Origin: Pirellulales bacterium
GTDB taxonomy: Bacteria > Planctomycetota > Planctomycetia > Pirellulales > UBA1268
Assembly: GCA_044236455.1 (NCBI GenBank)
Contig: JBIIGJ010000005.1
Coordinates: 2,027-66,026 of the forward strand
Length of the DNA stretch: 64,000 nucleotides
Direction of reading: 5' to 3'
Made by a program: the position numbers and the translations under genes. The notes under the pieces were generated by a model. The model did no database searches. It had not been told where the DNA came from and was given only the letters and a program-made list of their open reading frames with translations. This document shows, piece after piece, positions 45,549 to 55,318 of the stretch. Each line of letters opens with the position of its first letter. Position 1 is the stretch's first letter.

Positions 45549-47654
45549 ATGATCATCTCCACGAACTGGCTGTCCGACTACGTGAGCCTGCCAGCATCGG
45601 CAGACTCGCTCGTCGAGCGTCTGCTCCTCTCCGGGCTTAATCACGAGTCGACCCGGCCGGTCGGTGCCGACACGGCCGTCGAGATCGAGGTCACGAGCAA
45701 TCGCCCCGACTGCCTCGGCCACGTCGGCGTGGCCCGCGAGGCTGCCGTGCTCTTCGCCCGACCACTTCACATCCCCGATCCCCGTCCGCAGGAAGGCGGA
45801 ACCGCTGCCGCTGAAGCCGTCGCCGTGGAGATCCTCTCCCCCGAGATCTGTCCCTGCTATACGGCCCGCGTCATCAGGGGCGTGCGTGTGGGGCCGAGCC
45901 CCTCATGGCTTGTCGAACGGTTGGCCACCGTGGGCGTGGCGAGCGTCAACAACGTCGTCGACGTGACCAACTACGTCATGCTCGAATGCGGACAGCCGCT
46001 GCATGCCTTCGATCTCGCGAGAATCCGGGGCGGCCGGATCAGCGTGCGGCGGGCAGTTGCCGGAGAGCCTTTCACTGCCATCAACCACAAGACCTACGCC
46101 CTCACCGACGCGATGGGCGTGATCGCCGACGCGGACGGACCGGTGGCCCTGGCCGGAGTGATGGGGGGGGCCAGCACGGAGATCGCCGCGACGACGACCG
46201 ACATCCTGCTGGAATCGGCGCAATTCGCGCCACTCGCGGTCCGCGCAGCCGCGCGTGGACTTGTGTTGGCCAGCGCATCGTCCTATCGCTTCGAGCGGGG
46301 GCCCGATCCCGCGGCCGTCGACTGGTCCAGCCGCCGAGCGGCCGCCCTCATCGTGGAGATCGCCGGCGGGCAGCTCATGCAGGGCACCGTCGAGGCCGGC
46401 CGGTTGGCTGTGAGTCCCGCGACGATTCAGCTCCGACACGGCCGAGTTGCCGAGGTGCTCGGGATCGACATTCCCGCCGCGCGTCAGCAGGCGATCCTGG
46501 TCGGCCTGGGATTCGTAGCCGAGGCGGTGGACGGGGACCGATCCCGCTGGCGGGCGCCCACGTGGCGGCGCGACTGCTGGCGGGAGATCGATCTGGTGGA
46601 GGAGATCGCGCGGATCGAGGGTTACGACAGCGTGCCGGAAAATGAGCCGATCGCCGCGCGTCCGGTGACTGAGTCGGCTCGCGAGCGAACGCTCAGACGG
46701 GCGGCCGATGTGCTGGTGGCGGCAGGCTTCTGCGAGGCGATGACGCGGAGCGTGGTGGGTGGATCGCTCGAAACCACGGCCAGCCCGTGGGGAGATGCTG
46801 CGCCGCTGGTGTGTGCACCGCCGCTGGTTCGCGGAGCGGACCGGCTCAGACGCACGCTCCTGCCGAGCCTGCTGGAGGCCCGGGCGGTCAACACCGCCGT
46901 GGGGGCCCAGCGGCCAGAACTCTTCGAAACGGCGCGCGGTTACTTGGCGCGGTCGGCAGCCCCTCCGGGCGCCGCCGGCCAGGCAAAGCCGGCCAGCCTT
47001 CCGGCTATCAAATCACCGGTGGAGGAACCGCTGTTGTTGTCGTTCGTGATGGGGGGCGAATTTGCCGCCGCCAAGGGCCTGACCGAGGCGGTGCTGAATC
47101 GCCTCGGGCTTGCAGCCGACGCCGCAAGCCAGGCCCGTGTGGTGTATCGACCGGTCGATAGCCTCGATCTCTTTGCCCGCGGACGAGCAGCCGAGATCGT
47201 GCTCGAGCGGCCCGGTCAGCCCGCCGAGCGGGTCGGAGTCGTAGGCGAGGTGGCCGCCGGGTCGCTCGCTGGCGTCGGTCTCAAGGGCCCGGTCGTTGCG
47301 GCTGAATTACGGCTGGACAGGCTGGAGTTCGCCGTCGACGTGGAGCCGTCCCGGTTCCGCCCCAGCGATTTTCCGGCGATCGAGCGGGACGTAAACCTGA
47401 TCGTGGATCAGGCGGTGCCGTGGGGCGACATCGTGGCGGCGATCCGCGGCAACGCCTCCGGAGTGCTCGAGGACTGCCGGCTCGTGCAGGTCTGGACAGA
47501 TGCCGAGCGGCTCGGCGCGGGTAAGAAGAGCTTCGTCGTCTCGCTGCGGCTGAGGAGCAACACGGGCACGCTCTCCGGCGAAGAGGCCAACAGCATGGTC
47601 GAGGCGGTCGTGGCGGCGTGCAGCCGGCAGTGCGGCGCGGTGCTGCGGGCTTGA
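45549..47654 (+). CDS. pheT: phenylalanine--tRNA ligase beta subunit (short form lacking the N-terminal OB tRNA-binding insert)
   Basis: MIISTNWLSDYV..., then IEVTSNRPDCLGHVGVAREAA already at about residue 45. B3/4 and B5 regions are present, with a C-terminal FDX-ACB-like end. Confidence 0.88.
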   Translation: MIISTNWLSDYVSLPASADSLVERLLLSGLNHESTRPVGADTAVEIEVTSNRPDCLGHVGVAREAAVLFARPLHIPDPRPQEGGTAAAEAVAVEILSPEICPCYTARVIRGVRVGPSPSWLVERLATVGVASVNNVVDVTNYVMLECGQPLHAFDLARIRGGRISVRRAVAGEPFTAINHKTYALTDAMGVIADADGPVALAGVMGGASTEIAATTTDILLESAQFAPLAVRAAARGLVLASASSYRFERGPDPAAVDWSSRRAAALIVEIAGGQLMQGTVEAGRLAVSPATIQLRHGRVAEVLGIDIPAARQQAILVGLGFVAEAVDGDRSRWRAPTWRRDCWREIDLVEEIARIEGYDSVPENEPIAARPVTESARERTLRRAADVLVAAGFCEAMTRSVVGGSLETTASPWGDAAPLVCAPPLVRGADRLRRTLLPSLLEARAVNTAVGAQRPELFETARGYLARSAAPPGAAGQAKPASLPAIKSPVEEPLLLSFVMGGEFAAAKGLTEAVLNRLGLAADAASQARVVYRPVDSLDLFARGRAAEIVLERPGQPAERVGVVGEVAAGSLAGVGLKGPVVAAELRLDRLEFAVDVEPSRFRPSDFPAIERDVNLIVDQAVPWGDIVAAIRGNASGVLEDCRLVQVWTDAERLGAGKKSFVVSLRLRSNTGTLSGEEANSMVEAVVAACSRQCGAVLRA

Positions 47655-47673
47655 TGCGGGTGCGATGTCGCCG

Positions 47674-47833
47674 GGCGGGCTCCCCGAACACGCTGCGCTC
47701 GCGGATGACGCGCCGGGCGGGCTCCCCGAACACGCTTCGCTCGCTCGGCGGCTCGGCGACAGCGTCGGGGATGATGGTGGGCGTGATGCGCCGAGGCGCC
47801 TGATGCTCGCTTCGGTGTTCGGGGAGCCCGCCC
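47674..47833. repeat. 19-nt core GGGCGGGCTCCCCGAACAC present twice directly and once inverted
   Basis: Direct copies at 47674-47692 and 47716-47734. Inverted copy gtgttcggggagcccgccc at 47815-47833. Confidence 0.85.
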
Positions 47834-47863
47834 TCGACCAAGACTGCTTCGCAGGACGCGCGA

Positions 47864-47994
47864 GGGGTTGTCCGTGTCCCGAGAGCCGGCGTTGCTGACC
47901 AGCGCAGCCAGGATGGCGGAGCGCAGTCAGCATCGAGTGAGCGAAGGCCAGGATGGCCGTAGCGAACGTCCGGCGACGGGGCACGGACAACCCC
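47864..47994. repeat. 17-nt inverted repeat pair enclosing a ~97-bp spacer with an internal gccaggatggc duplication
   Basis: ggggttgtccgtgtccc (47864-47880) against ggggcacggacaacccc (47978-47994), complementary at 16 of 17 positions. Confidence 0.75.
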
Positions 47995-48048
47995 GGCCCA
48001 CGGGAAACCCAGACATACAGGCGTGTTTTGCGTGAAGCCAGCCGACTG

Positions 48049-50568
48049 TTACCTGTCGGCGTAGACCCGGGTGATCTCTTCTTTCGTGATCGGTGCCGGA
48101 TGGTCGTCGCTCACGAGTTGTACCTGCATCCGCTGGTCACCCTCCCGGCGGCCGCGGACGCGGACGCGAAAGACGGCCTCCTCGGAAGGCGCAAGCTTCG
48201 CAAGCGGCTCGAAGATGACGGCGAGATTCTCGACGCGGTAGGCAGCCGGCCCCTTGGCTTCGACCGGTTCGAGATCACCGAGCAGCGTTGCCGTGAGACG
48301 CACGCCGCCGGCGGCCTTCGTCCCCTGGTTGCCGATGCGGACGATGTATTCCGTCACGCCGCCAACCTCGATCGGGTCTTCGCTGTCGGTAACCTCGAAG
48401 AAGAGTGCGGCCAGACCCTCGACCTCGACGGTGTGCATCGTCTGATCCGAAGGACCGTCGCTGCTCCGTGCGGCCGCGACGATCTTTTGCGGTCCGAGAT
48501 CGACCGGCATCAGCACCATCTCCACGGTGCCGACCTCACCCGGAGGCAGTTCCTCCAGGTTCCAGAGCACGCGGTGAGAGCGCTCCTCGTACCAGCCGGC
48601 ATGGTTGGCCCGCACAAATTTCATGCCAGGCGGCAGCTGGGCGGCCAGTTCGACCGACCTCGCCGGCGCCGTGCCCGCGTTGACCATGGACAGCACACAG
48701 GTGGCAGGCCGCTGCAGATAGCGACGCGATGGCATCTGGGTCGACAGTTCGAGCGTGGGGGCCGTGATTTCGATGCGCACCGGCTGCGTGACCTCGATCT
48801 GGCCGTCGGCCCGCGCGGCAAAACGGGCGCTGTGGACGCCGGGCCCGGTGGAGCCCAGCACCAGATCGATCGTCCGTGACTCGCCCGGCCGCAACTGGCC
48901 GACATCGAATTCCAGTTCACGACCGGCGCTGTGCGAGACGCCGTCGGGCAACGTTCCCTCGAGGATGACACCGGTGGCGATGCCAGTACCCGGGTTGCTG
49001 ACCTTCATGGAGAGCTTCACGTCGCCTCCAATGCGCACGGTCTGTGGCTCGGAAGCCTCTAGCCTCAGATCTGGCTTGGTGGCCCGCGATCGCACCGACG
49101 CTTCCGTGCGGAAGCTCACGCTGGCCACACTTCCGATCTCGCCCTCGATCTGCGGCATCACCTCCATCGACACGCGGGCCTCTCCGCCGGCGTTCAGCGT
49201 GCCGAGCGGCCAGACCAGTTCGGCTGCCGTGCCGCCTAGCCCGTGGCTGGCAGTCGGGCCGGCACTGGCAGGGCTGGCCGGCGGGGTTGTGGCGATGAGC
49301 GTCGTGCCGTAGGGCACGGCGTCGCGCAGCGTGACATCCTGCGCCGTGGCATTGCCGACGTTGCGGACGAGGATTTCGTAGCGGACAGGCTTTCCCACCT
49401 GGATCTCGCGAGGGCCACGCTTTTCGACCGCCAGTTGCGGCGTCTGCAGGCCCTCCAGTTGAATGGGACCGGGGCGTCCCTGACCTGCCGTTTCGGGCAA
49501 CGCAGCACCGGCGGCGCCGGATGGGAATGAACCGCCGCCCTGCGAGGGCGTAGCCCGTCGCGCCGGGGGTGGGCCCATGGGGGGCGCGCTGGCAAAGGGA
49601 TTGGTCGCGGTGGTGCTGATGACCGGAGCCGGCACCGAAGACGGGGGTGGGGCTGGAGGTGGAACAGGGGCGATCGCTGCCGGCCTGAAACTTGCTGGCG
49701 GGGCGAGATCGGTGGACGTGAAGCCGCGGGGTGGAGGGGACGGCGCCGTTGCGGCTCTGCTCTGGGGCGGTGGCGGTGCCAGAGCGGTATCCTCAGTGGG
49801 CGATTCCTGAAGCTGTTCCGGCTCGGGAGAGGCTGGCAGCAGCGGCGGGGATGCCGGGGCATCGGCAACGTCGGATGGGGATGGCGGCAGGAGAGCATTC
49901 TCCTCGTCCGCAGGCTGTGCCGAGCCGCTCTGCGACGCGGCGGCGTCACTAGATGAAACGGGGACGTCGCTGGATGCATATGTGTCTGCGGACTCGGCGT
50001 CGGCTGGCGGCGGGGCGGGCTGGGCATCCAGCGAAGCCAACTCGACGGACGCCATTTGAACCGGCTCGCTGCCAGTGCCCGGGAACCGGTCGACCGGTGC
50101 GAATCGTGATGACCTGCCGTCCTGTGCCGGCGTCACGGGCTCGGGGGTTTCCAGCGTCGCCGGTCGTGTTGGATAGCGGTCCTCGGGCGGAGCAGCGAGC
50201 GGAGCCGAAGGCTGTCGCCAGCCAGGTTCGTTCATGGCCCGCGGTGAGTCCGCGTCGCCATTGGCCTGCGGAAACCGGCTTGGCTGCCTGGGAGCGTTTC
50301 CGGTTTGAGCCGATGATGGCTCGCCGTCGTGGGCTGGTGTGTATGTTTCCTGCGGGGTGAATGCCACCTCGGGCCCGCTCACGGTCACCGTCGGCAGCGA
50401 GGCCTGCGCCGGCGCCTCCCCGCCTCCCGTTGCGCGGCCGATCCCAAGTGCCCAGACAAGGCCGAAGCCGGTGCCGGCACAGAGGATCGTCCCCAGGACC
50501 AAAGGCAGGCTCGACTGCCGGGGGGGATGAACGAGCTCTTGTCGCGACGTGCGTTCGGGTTCTTGCAT
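48049..50568 (-). CDS. membrane-anchored surface protein with a Pro/Ala/Ser-rich region and DUF11-type repeat domains
   Basis: TM anchor LPLVLGTILCAGTGFGLVWAL. A ~300-aa low-complexity region follows. Then come repeated segments of the type 'V...V.N.G...A..V.L...LP.G'. Confidence 0.65.
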   Translation of the reverse strand: MQEPERTSRQELVHPPRQSSLPLVLGTILCAGTGFGLVWALGIGRATGGGEAPAQASLPTVTVSGPEVAFTPQETYTPAHDGEPSSAQTGNAPRQPSRFPQANGDADSPRAMNEPGWRQPSAPLAAPPEDRYPTRPATLETPEPVTPAQDGRSSRFAPVDRFPGTGSEPVQMASVELASLDAQPAPPPADAESADTYASSDVPVSSSDAAASQSGSAQPADEENALLPPSPSDVADAPASPPLLPASPEPEQLQESPTEDTALAPPPPQSRAATAPSPPPRGFTSTDLAPPASFRPAAIAPVPPPAPPPSSVPAPVISTTATNPFASAPPMGPPPARRATPSQGGGSFPSGAAGAALPETAGQGRPGPIQLEGLQTPQLAVEKRGPREIQVGKPVRYEILVRNVGNATAQDVTLRDAVPYGTTLIATTPPASPASAGPTASHGLGGTAAELVWPLGTLNAGGEARVSMEVMPQIEGEIGSVASVSFRTEASVRSRATKPDLRLEASEPQTVRIGGDVKLSMKVSNPGTGIATGVILEGTLPDGVSHSAGRELEFDVGQLRPGESRTIDLVLGSTGPGVHSARFAARADGQIEVTQPVRIEITAPTLELSTQMPSRRYLQRPATCVLSMVNAGTAPARSVELAAQLPPGMKFVRANHAGWYEERSHRVLWNLEELPPGEVGTVEMVLMPVDLGPQKIVAAARSSDGPSDQTMHTVEVEGLAALFFEVTDSEDPIEVGGVTEYIVRIGNQGTKAAGGVRLTATLLGDLEPVEAKGPAAYRVENLAVIFEPLAKLAPSEEAVFRVRVRGRREGDQRMQVQLVSDDHPAPITKEEITRVYADR

Positions 50569-50651
50569 CGGCGGGTCCCCGGAGGATTGATCTCCGGGAA
50601 GTACCACAATCACACGACTGCAAGAAAGCCCATTTGCAGGAGCGTCACAGT

Positions 50652-51545
50652 TCAGGCAGTTGCGAGAAGCTGGCGAAGATGGAAGTGAAATTTGCCCAGC
50701 TTTCCTCCGTAGTTACCTGCCGAGACGGCGACCACGTCAGGCCCGACGGCCGCGCGGATGCCGGCGACCATGCCGCCCGCCACCGTGGGTTCGTCCACGC
50801 CGTCGATGACGATCTCAAGGCTGCAGGTCGCCCCGTCCACGAGGCTGGTCGCCACACGGCCGACGAGCGACGGGCAGAATGCTTCGTTGGTCGAGGCGCG
50901 GAGGGCCTCGTAGCGGGAGCCAACCTTGCTGCCAGAGCGGACGACACCTCCCGGAAAGGGCGTGATCGTTCCCGGGGTGGCCGCGATGGCGTCCACCGCC
51001 CGTCTGGCAGCGGCGAGCGTGGCGCTGAGCGACCGACCCTGGAGGATGAAATTTCCGCCGCCAACCCCCTTCTCAATGCCCACGGACTCCTCCACGAGGA
51101 ATTCACCGTCCATCACAGGCACCCGCCAAAACCGGCGTCCATCCACCAGCTTCGTCTTTTCGAAACCGTCGCCAAAAAATCGCACATGGGCCCCCAGTGG
51201 CCGCCGTTCCTCGGCGTCGGGAAGGCCGTCGAAAACACTCGCCGTGGGGCAGGTCAGCAGGCACTGCGCGGTGCGGTTGGCGACTGCCTTTCCGACGCCA
51301 TCAACCGTAAAAGCGTAGGCCAGGATTGCCGCTCCGGGACGGCCGTCGGGCGTTGCCTCCGGCTCCAGCCACTGTTCGACGCCGATCTCCGCATCACAGC
51401 CGATCACGCTCGTACCGTAGCCGCAGGTGGCACGGGTCGCGGCGTCGAGCCAGTGAGCGTCGGCCGCCGTGACAATGAGCCGCGCATACCGCAGCCGGAA
51501 GGCTTCGGCGAACGTGTCGGCGATGTGTGTGGAATCGACGAGCAT
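50652..51545 (-). CDS. ftr: formylmethanofuran--tetrahydromethanopterin N-formyltransferase (Ftr/FhcD-like)
   Basis: 297 aa. IADTFAEAF, LIVTAA, ATCGYGTSVIGCDAE and PDGRPG match my recollection of the Ftr N-terminus. Confidence 0.8.
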   Translation of the reverse strand: MLVDSTHIADTFAEAFRLRYARLIVTAADAHWLDAATRATCGYGTSVIGCDAEIGVEQWLEPEATPDGRPGAAILAYAFTVDGVGKAVANRTAQCLLTCPTASVFDGLPDAEERRPLGAHVRFFGDGFEKTKLVDGRRFWRVPVMDGEFLVEESVGIEKGVGGGNFILQGRSLSATLAAARRAVDAIAATPGTITPFPGGVVRSGSKVGSRYEALRASTNEAFCPSLVGRVATSLVDGATCSLEIVIDGVDEPTVAGGMVAGIRAAVGPDVVAVSAGNYGGKLGKFHFHLRQLLATA

Positions 51546-51747
51546 GGCAGTGTCTCCGCGGGGGGCGATACGAGGAGTCCGTTCTGTTCCGGGACGGGGT
51601 GATCGTTCAGCGGCCCGAAGATTCCGGGTTCTCACCGCGGTTGGGTTTCGCATATCCTATCAAGCGATGCGGGTGGCTCTACCATGCCACACGCGGTCCC
51701 TGACATTGCCCACGGCTTGTTTTCCACCCACAAGCCCCAGCCAAAGG

Positions 51748-54150
51748 ATGCCGACGATGTTGTCCCCGATCCGCGCGGTCCTGACACCGGTGCTTCATGC
51801 CCTCGTCGTCGTGATCTTCGCAGCGTATGCCCACTCGGCCCTTGCTGCCGATCCCCTCACCGCAAGCGGCGTGGCCATGATTCCGGAGGACGCCGCCTTT
51901 GTCTCCGCAACCCTGCGGGCACGAGAGCAATACGACCGGTTCGAGAAGAGCAACGCCTTTGCCGCCCTGAAGAAACTGCCGTTCGTGGCCCGCGGCGTTG
52001 ATTCGATCGAGGAGCAGAAGCTCCAGCCCGGCAGCCCGCTCTCGATCATGTCGACCTTCATGGAACTCCCCGAGAATGAACAGGCGCTGGACCTGCTCAA
52101 GGATATGGTCTCGACCGACACGTTTGTCTACGGCGAGCCATCGTGCGTGAAGTTCGTGGAACTCATGAAGAAGATCCAGCAGGCGCAAAACGCCGCTGGC
52201 ATGCTGCGGCTGGCCAGTGGAGACGCCTCGGTTGGTGGCTTTGAAGTCGACATGCTCGACGGCATCAACGTGGAGGAGATGGACGAGGACGACGAGGACG
52301 ACGATCAAGACGACGAAGATGAAAAGGGCGCCACGGACATGCAGCGACGGCTTCGCGCCAAGCCGGTGCGGTTCCAGGCGACCGATGCCGACGAGCAGAT
52401 CTCGGCCGACGAACTTGCCACGCGGCTGGTAGTCAAGACGCTCTCAGAGAACACCAACCTGATCGTGGTGCCCGACGTGGTCTGGGGCTTCAAGACCACC
52501 AAACTCGATGCCGCCGTGTCGCAGTTGAAGCGGATCGAAGTGCTCACCAAGCTCGTCATCCAGGCTAATCCCGACCTTGCCGACTCGCTCCAGCGCCGTA
52601 AGGTGGCGGGGGGCGAGGTGCTCACGTTCACGCTCAAGCCCGATGCCAACCTGATTCGCGAGGCGATTCCCGGCCTCGAGGACCACGAACAGGAGTTGGA
52701 GAAGGTCTTCCAGAAGGTGGAGGGGCTGAAGCTGGTGATTGGTCTCGGCGTGATCGGTGACCGCGTGATTCTCTCGATTGGCGACTCGATCGACCATCTG
52801 GAGAAGCTCGTCTTGCCAGAGGGCGGCCGCAAGTCGTTGATCGCCACCAAGCCGTTCGCGCCGTTGCTTGCCCAGCAGTCCAAGCCGCTCACCGGCATTT
52901 CGTATCTGAGCGAGCCGATGCAGAAGGCGTTGGCGCCGTCGGCTGCCGACATCGAGCAATTGGCCGCTCTGAGCGACACGATTGCCGATCTGGCCGAACT
53001 GCCCGACGGGGCCGCCGACGAGGCCCGCCGCAGCCTGGGCAAGGTGGCCGAGGGCTACAAGCGGCGGCTACCCGTCCCCGGACCATGGCTGGCGTTTTCG
53101 TTTCTGTCGCAACAGGGCTACGAGGGCTACGTCTGGGACTGGTCGAAGAACCTGCCTTTCGATGGCTCGAAGCGGCTGGATCTCCTCGAGCATACGGGGG
53201 GTGCCCCGCTGGCCGCGGCTGCCTTCCGGGTGAAGAACGACCCGGGGCAGTTCGAAGACTTCGCTTCGTGGGCCGACATGGGCTGGTCGTTCTTTCGAAA
53301 GTACCTGCTGCCAAAGGCCGACGCCGACGATCGAGAGAAGATCGAGGAGGTCGATGAACACCTGGCTCCGCTCGGCTCGAAGCTGGTCGGGATCATGCGG
53401 ACCAAGATTCTGCCCGCATTGGCCGACGGCCAGATCGCCTTCGTGATCGACGGGAAGAGCAGCACGAAACGCCTCCATGCCGCACTGCCATCGTCAGCGG
53501 AACCATTGCCGCTGGTGGAGCCTGCCATCGTGCTCGGGCTCGACGATCCGAAGCTGTTTCGCGAAGGGATGAGCGATCTGTTTGAACTCGCCGACGAAGT
53601 GGTTGATGCGGTGCGCGAGATCAATCCGGATGCCGTGCCGGCGGAGTACCGTGTGCCTGAGCCGGTGAAGAATAAGGTGGAGGGGGGGACGGTCTGGTCG
53701 TTCCCTCTCTCCAACAGCGGCCTCGACGACAAGGTCCAGCCATCGATCGGCGTCGGCGACGATGCCGCTGTGCTGTCGCTGGTGCCCAAGCAGGCCGGCC
53801 GGCTGATGCTGCAGACGCGTCTCGAAACCGGTTCCCAACTCTCGAAGTTCGAGGAACCGCTTGTCGGCGCCGCTGCCCTCGACTTCGCGGGCTTGATCGA
53901 TGCGATCCAGCCGTGGGTCGTCTACCTGACGCGGTATGGCTGCGCTCAGCAGCGCGATGGCAGCGTGGATCCTGAGTCGGAACTCGGCGCCGACGACGAG
54001 AACGTGCAGGCAAAAGACGCGCTGTCCCAGGCGAAGGTGGTATTCGAGGTGATCAAGTCGTTGCGGGTCGCGGTGGCCGAGACGGCGATGCAATCGGACG
54101 CCATGGTGACGCACTGGCGGAACGTCATCCGCGACACGCCCGCCAAGTAG
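51748..54150 (+). CDS. large secreted hypothetical protein with an acidic D/E tract
   Basis: Signal peptide (VVVIFAAYAHSALAADP). EEMDEDDEDDDQDDEDEKG tract. No recognisable domain. Confidence 0.5.
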   Translation: MPTMLSPIRAVLTPVLHALVVVIFAAYAHSALAADPLTASGVAMIPEDAAFVSATLRAREQYDRFEKSNAFAALKKLPFVARGVDSIEEQKLQPGSPLSIMSTFMELPENEQALDLLKDMVSTDTFVYGEPSCVKFVELMKKIQQAQNAAGMLRLASGDASVGGFEVDMLDGINVEEMDEDDEDDDQDDEDEKGATDMQRRLRAKPVRFQATDADEQISADELATRLVVKTLSENTNLIVVPDVVWGFKTTKLDAAVSQLKRIEVLTKLVIQANPDLADSLQRRKVAGGEVLTFTLKPDANLIREAIPGLEDHEQELEKVFQKVEGLKLVIGLGVIGDRVILSIGDSIDHLEKLVLPEGGRKSLIATKPFAPLLAQQSKPLTGISYLSEPMQKALAPSAADIEQLAALSDTIADLAELPDGAADEARRSLGKVAEGYKRRLPVPGPWLAFSFLSQQGYEGYVWDWSKNLPFDGSKRLDLLEHTGGAPLAAAAFRVKNDPGQFEDFASWADMGWSFFRKYLLPKADADDREKIEEVDEHLAPLGSKLVGIMRTKILPALADGQIAFVIDGKSSTKRLHAALPSSAEPLPLVEPAIVLGLDDPKLFREGMSDLFELADEVVDAVREINPDAVPAEYRVPEPVKNKVEGGTVWSFPLSNSGLDDKVQPSIGVGDDAAVLSLVPKQAGRLMLQTRLETGSQLSKFEEPLVGAAALDFAGLIDAIQPWVVYLTRYGCAQQRDGSVDPESELGADDENVQAKDALSQAKVVFEVIKSLRVAVAETAMQSDAMVTHWRNVIRDTPAK

Positions 54151-54153
54151 ACA

Positions 54154-55305
54154 CTATCCGCGCCGCACGATGCCTCGCACGAAGAGATCGCCGCCAGGGT
54201 GCTCCACGTGCTCAATCTCGATCGAGGCGGCTGTCGCGAGCGCCGTGATGCCCGTGCCGGCGATCGGTGACGGCGACGCTTCGCCGCCGATGATCCGCGG
54301 AGCGATGAACGCCCAGACCTCGTCGATGGCGTGCGCATCAGCCAGGCTCCCCAGGACCGTGGGACCGCCTTCGACGAGCACGTTCGTGAGCCGCCGCGAG
54401 CCGAGTTCCGCGAGCAACGACTCGAGCCGTTCCTGCGGGGTCGCGGCGGCTCCCCGCCAGACCTCGCAGCCAGCGGCCTCCAGGGCCCGCACGCGGTCGG
54501 CCGGGGCGGTGGGGCCGGTGGCCACGAGCACGGGAATCTCATGGGAGGTGCGGACGAGCCGACTTTCCAGGGGCAGACGGGCCATGCTGTCAAGCACGAT
54601 CCGCAACGCCTGCCGCGGGCCCGCCGGCCGGGCGGTCAGCAGCGGATCGTCGGCCAGCACCGTTCCGATGCCGCAGAGGATGCCGTCCATCCTTCCTCGC
54701 AGTTCGTGCACGATCGCCCGCGACGCCTCCGACGAGATCCAGCGGCTCTCGCCGGCAGCGGTCGCCACGCGACCGTCGAGGCTCATCGCCCATTTGGCGA
54801 TCAGCCACGGTCGGTGCCGCTGCACGAGCGTGCTGAAGGGGGCGATCAGACGTCGAGCCTCGTCCTCGCAGACACCAGTCTGCACCTCGATGCCGGCCCG
54901 GCGCAGCGCGTCGAGGCCGCCGCCGCTGACGGCGGGAAAGGGATCGCGAGTGGCCACGATCACCTTCGCGATGCCGGCGGCAATGATCGCGGATGTGCAG
55001 GGGGGCGTCTTGCCGTGATGACAGCAGGGCTCGAGCGTGACGGCGAGCGTGCCGCCGCGTGCCGCGGCGCCGGCCGCCGCGAGCGCCGCCACTTCGGCAT
55101 GAGGACCGCCAAATGCCGCGTGCCAGCCTTCGGCGACGATCGGGCCGGTGCTGCCGCCGCCAGATGACGTCGACACGGGGGCCGCGACGATCACTGCGCC
55201 CACCATGGGATTGGGCTCGACGTGTCCCTCGCCGTGGCGGGCCAAGGCAAGGGCCTGCCGCATCAGATGCTCGTGGAACGCTGCGGCCGACCTGTCAACG
55301 TGCAT
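54154..55305 (-). CDS. ribD: bifunctional riboflavin biosynthesis deaminase/reductase RibD
   Basis: PNPMVGAVIV, HAEVAAL and TLEPCCHHGKTPPC (deaminase), plus a C-terminal reductase domain. Confidence 0.9.
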   Translation of the reverse strand: MHVDRSAAAFHEHLMRQALALARHGEGHVEPNPMVGAVIVAAPVSTSSGGGSTGPIVAEGWHAAFGGPHAEVAALAAAGAAARGGTLAVTLEPCCHHGKTPPCTSAIIAAGIAKVIVATRDPFPAVSGGGLDALRRAGIEVQTGVCEDEARRLIAPFSTLVQRHRPWLIAKWAMSLDGRVATAAGESRWISSEASRAIVHELRGRMDGILCGIGTVLADDPLLTARPAGPRQALRIVLDSMARLPLESRLVRTSHEIPVLVATGPTAPADRVRALEAAGCEVWRGAAATPQERLESLLAELGSRRLTNVLVEGGPTVLGSLADAHAIDEVWAFIAPRIIGGEASPSPIAGTGITALATAASIEIEHVEHPGGDLFVRGIVRRG

Positions 55306-55318
55306 GGCCTGCGTGACC

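Noticed and set aside
47665-47898. Short ORFs within the post-pheT repeat region as peptide genes.
   Set aside because: Their sequences simply reflect the direct repeats. No start context is present, and they overlap on both strands.
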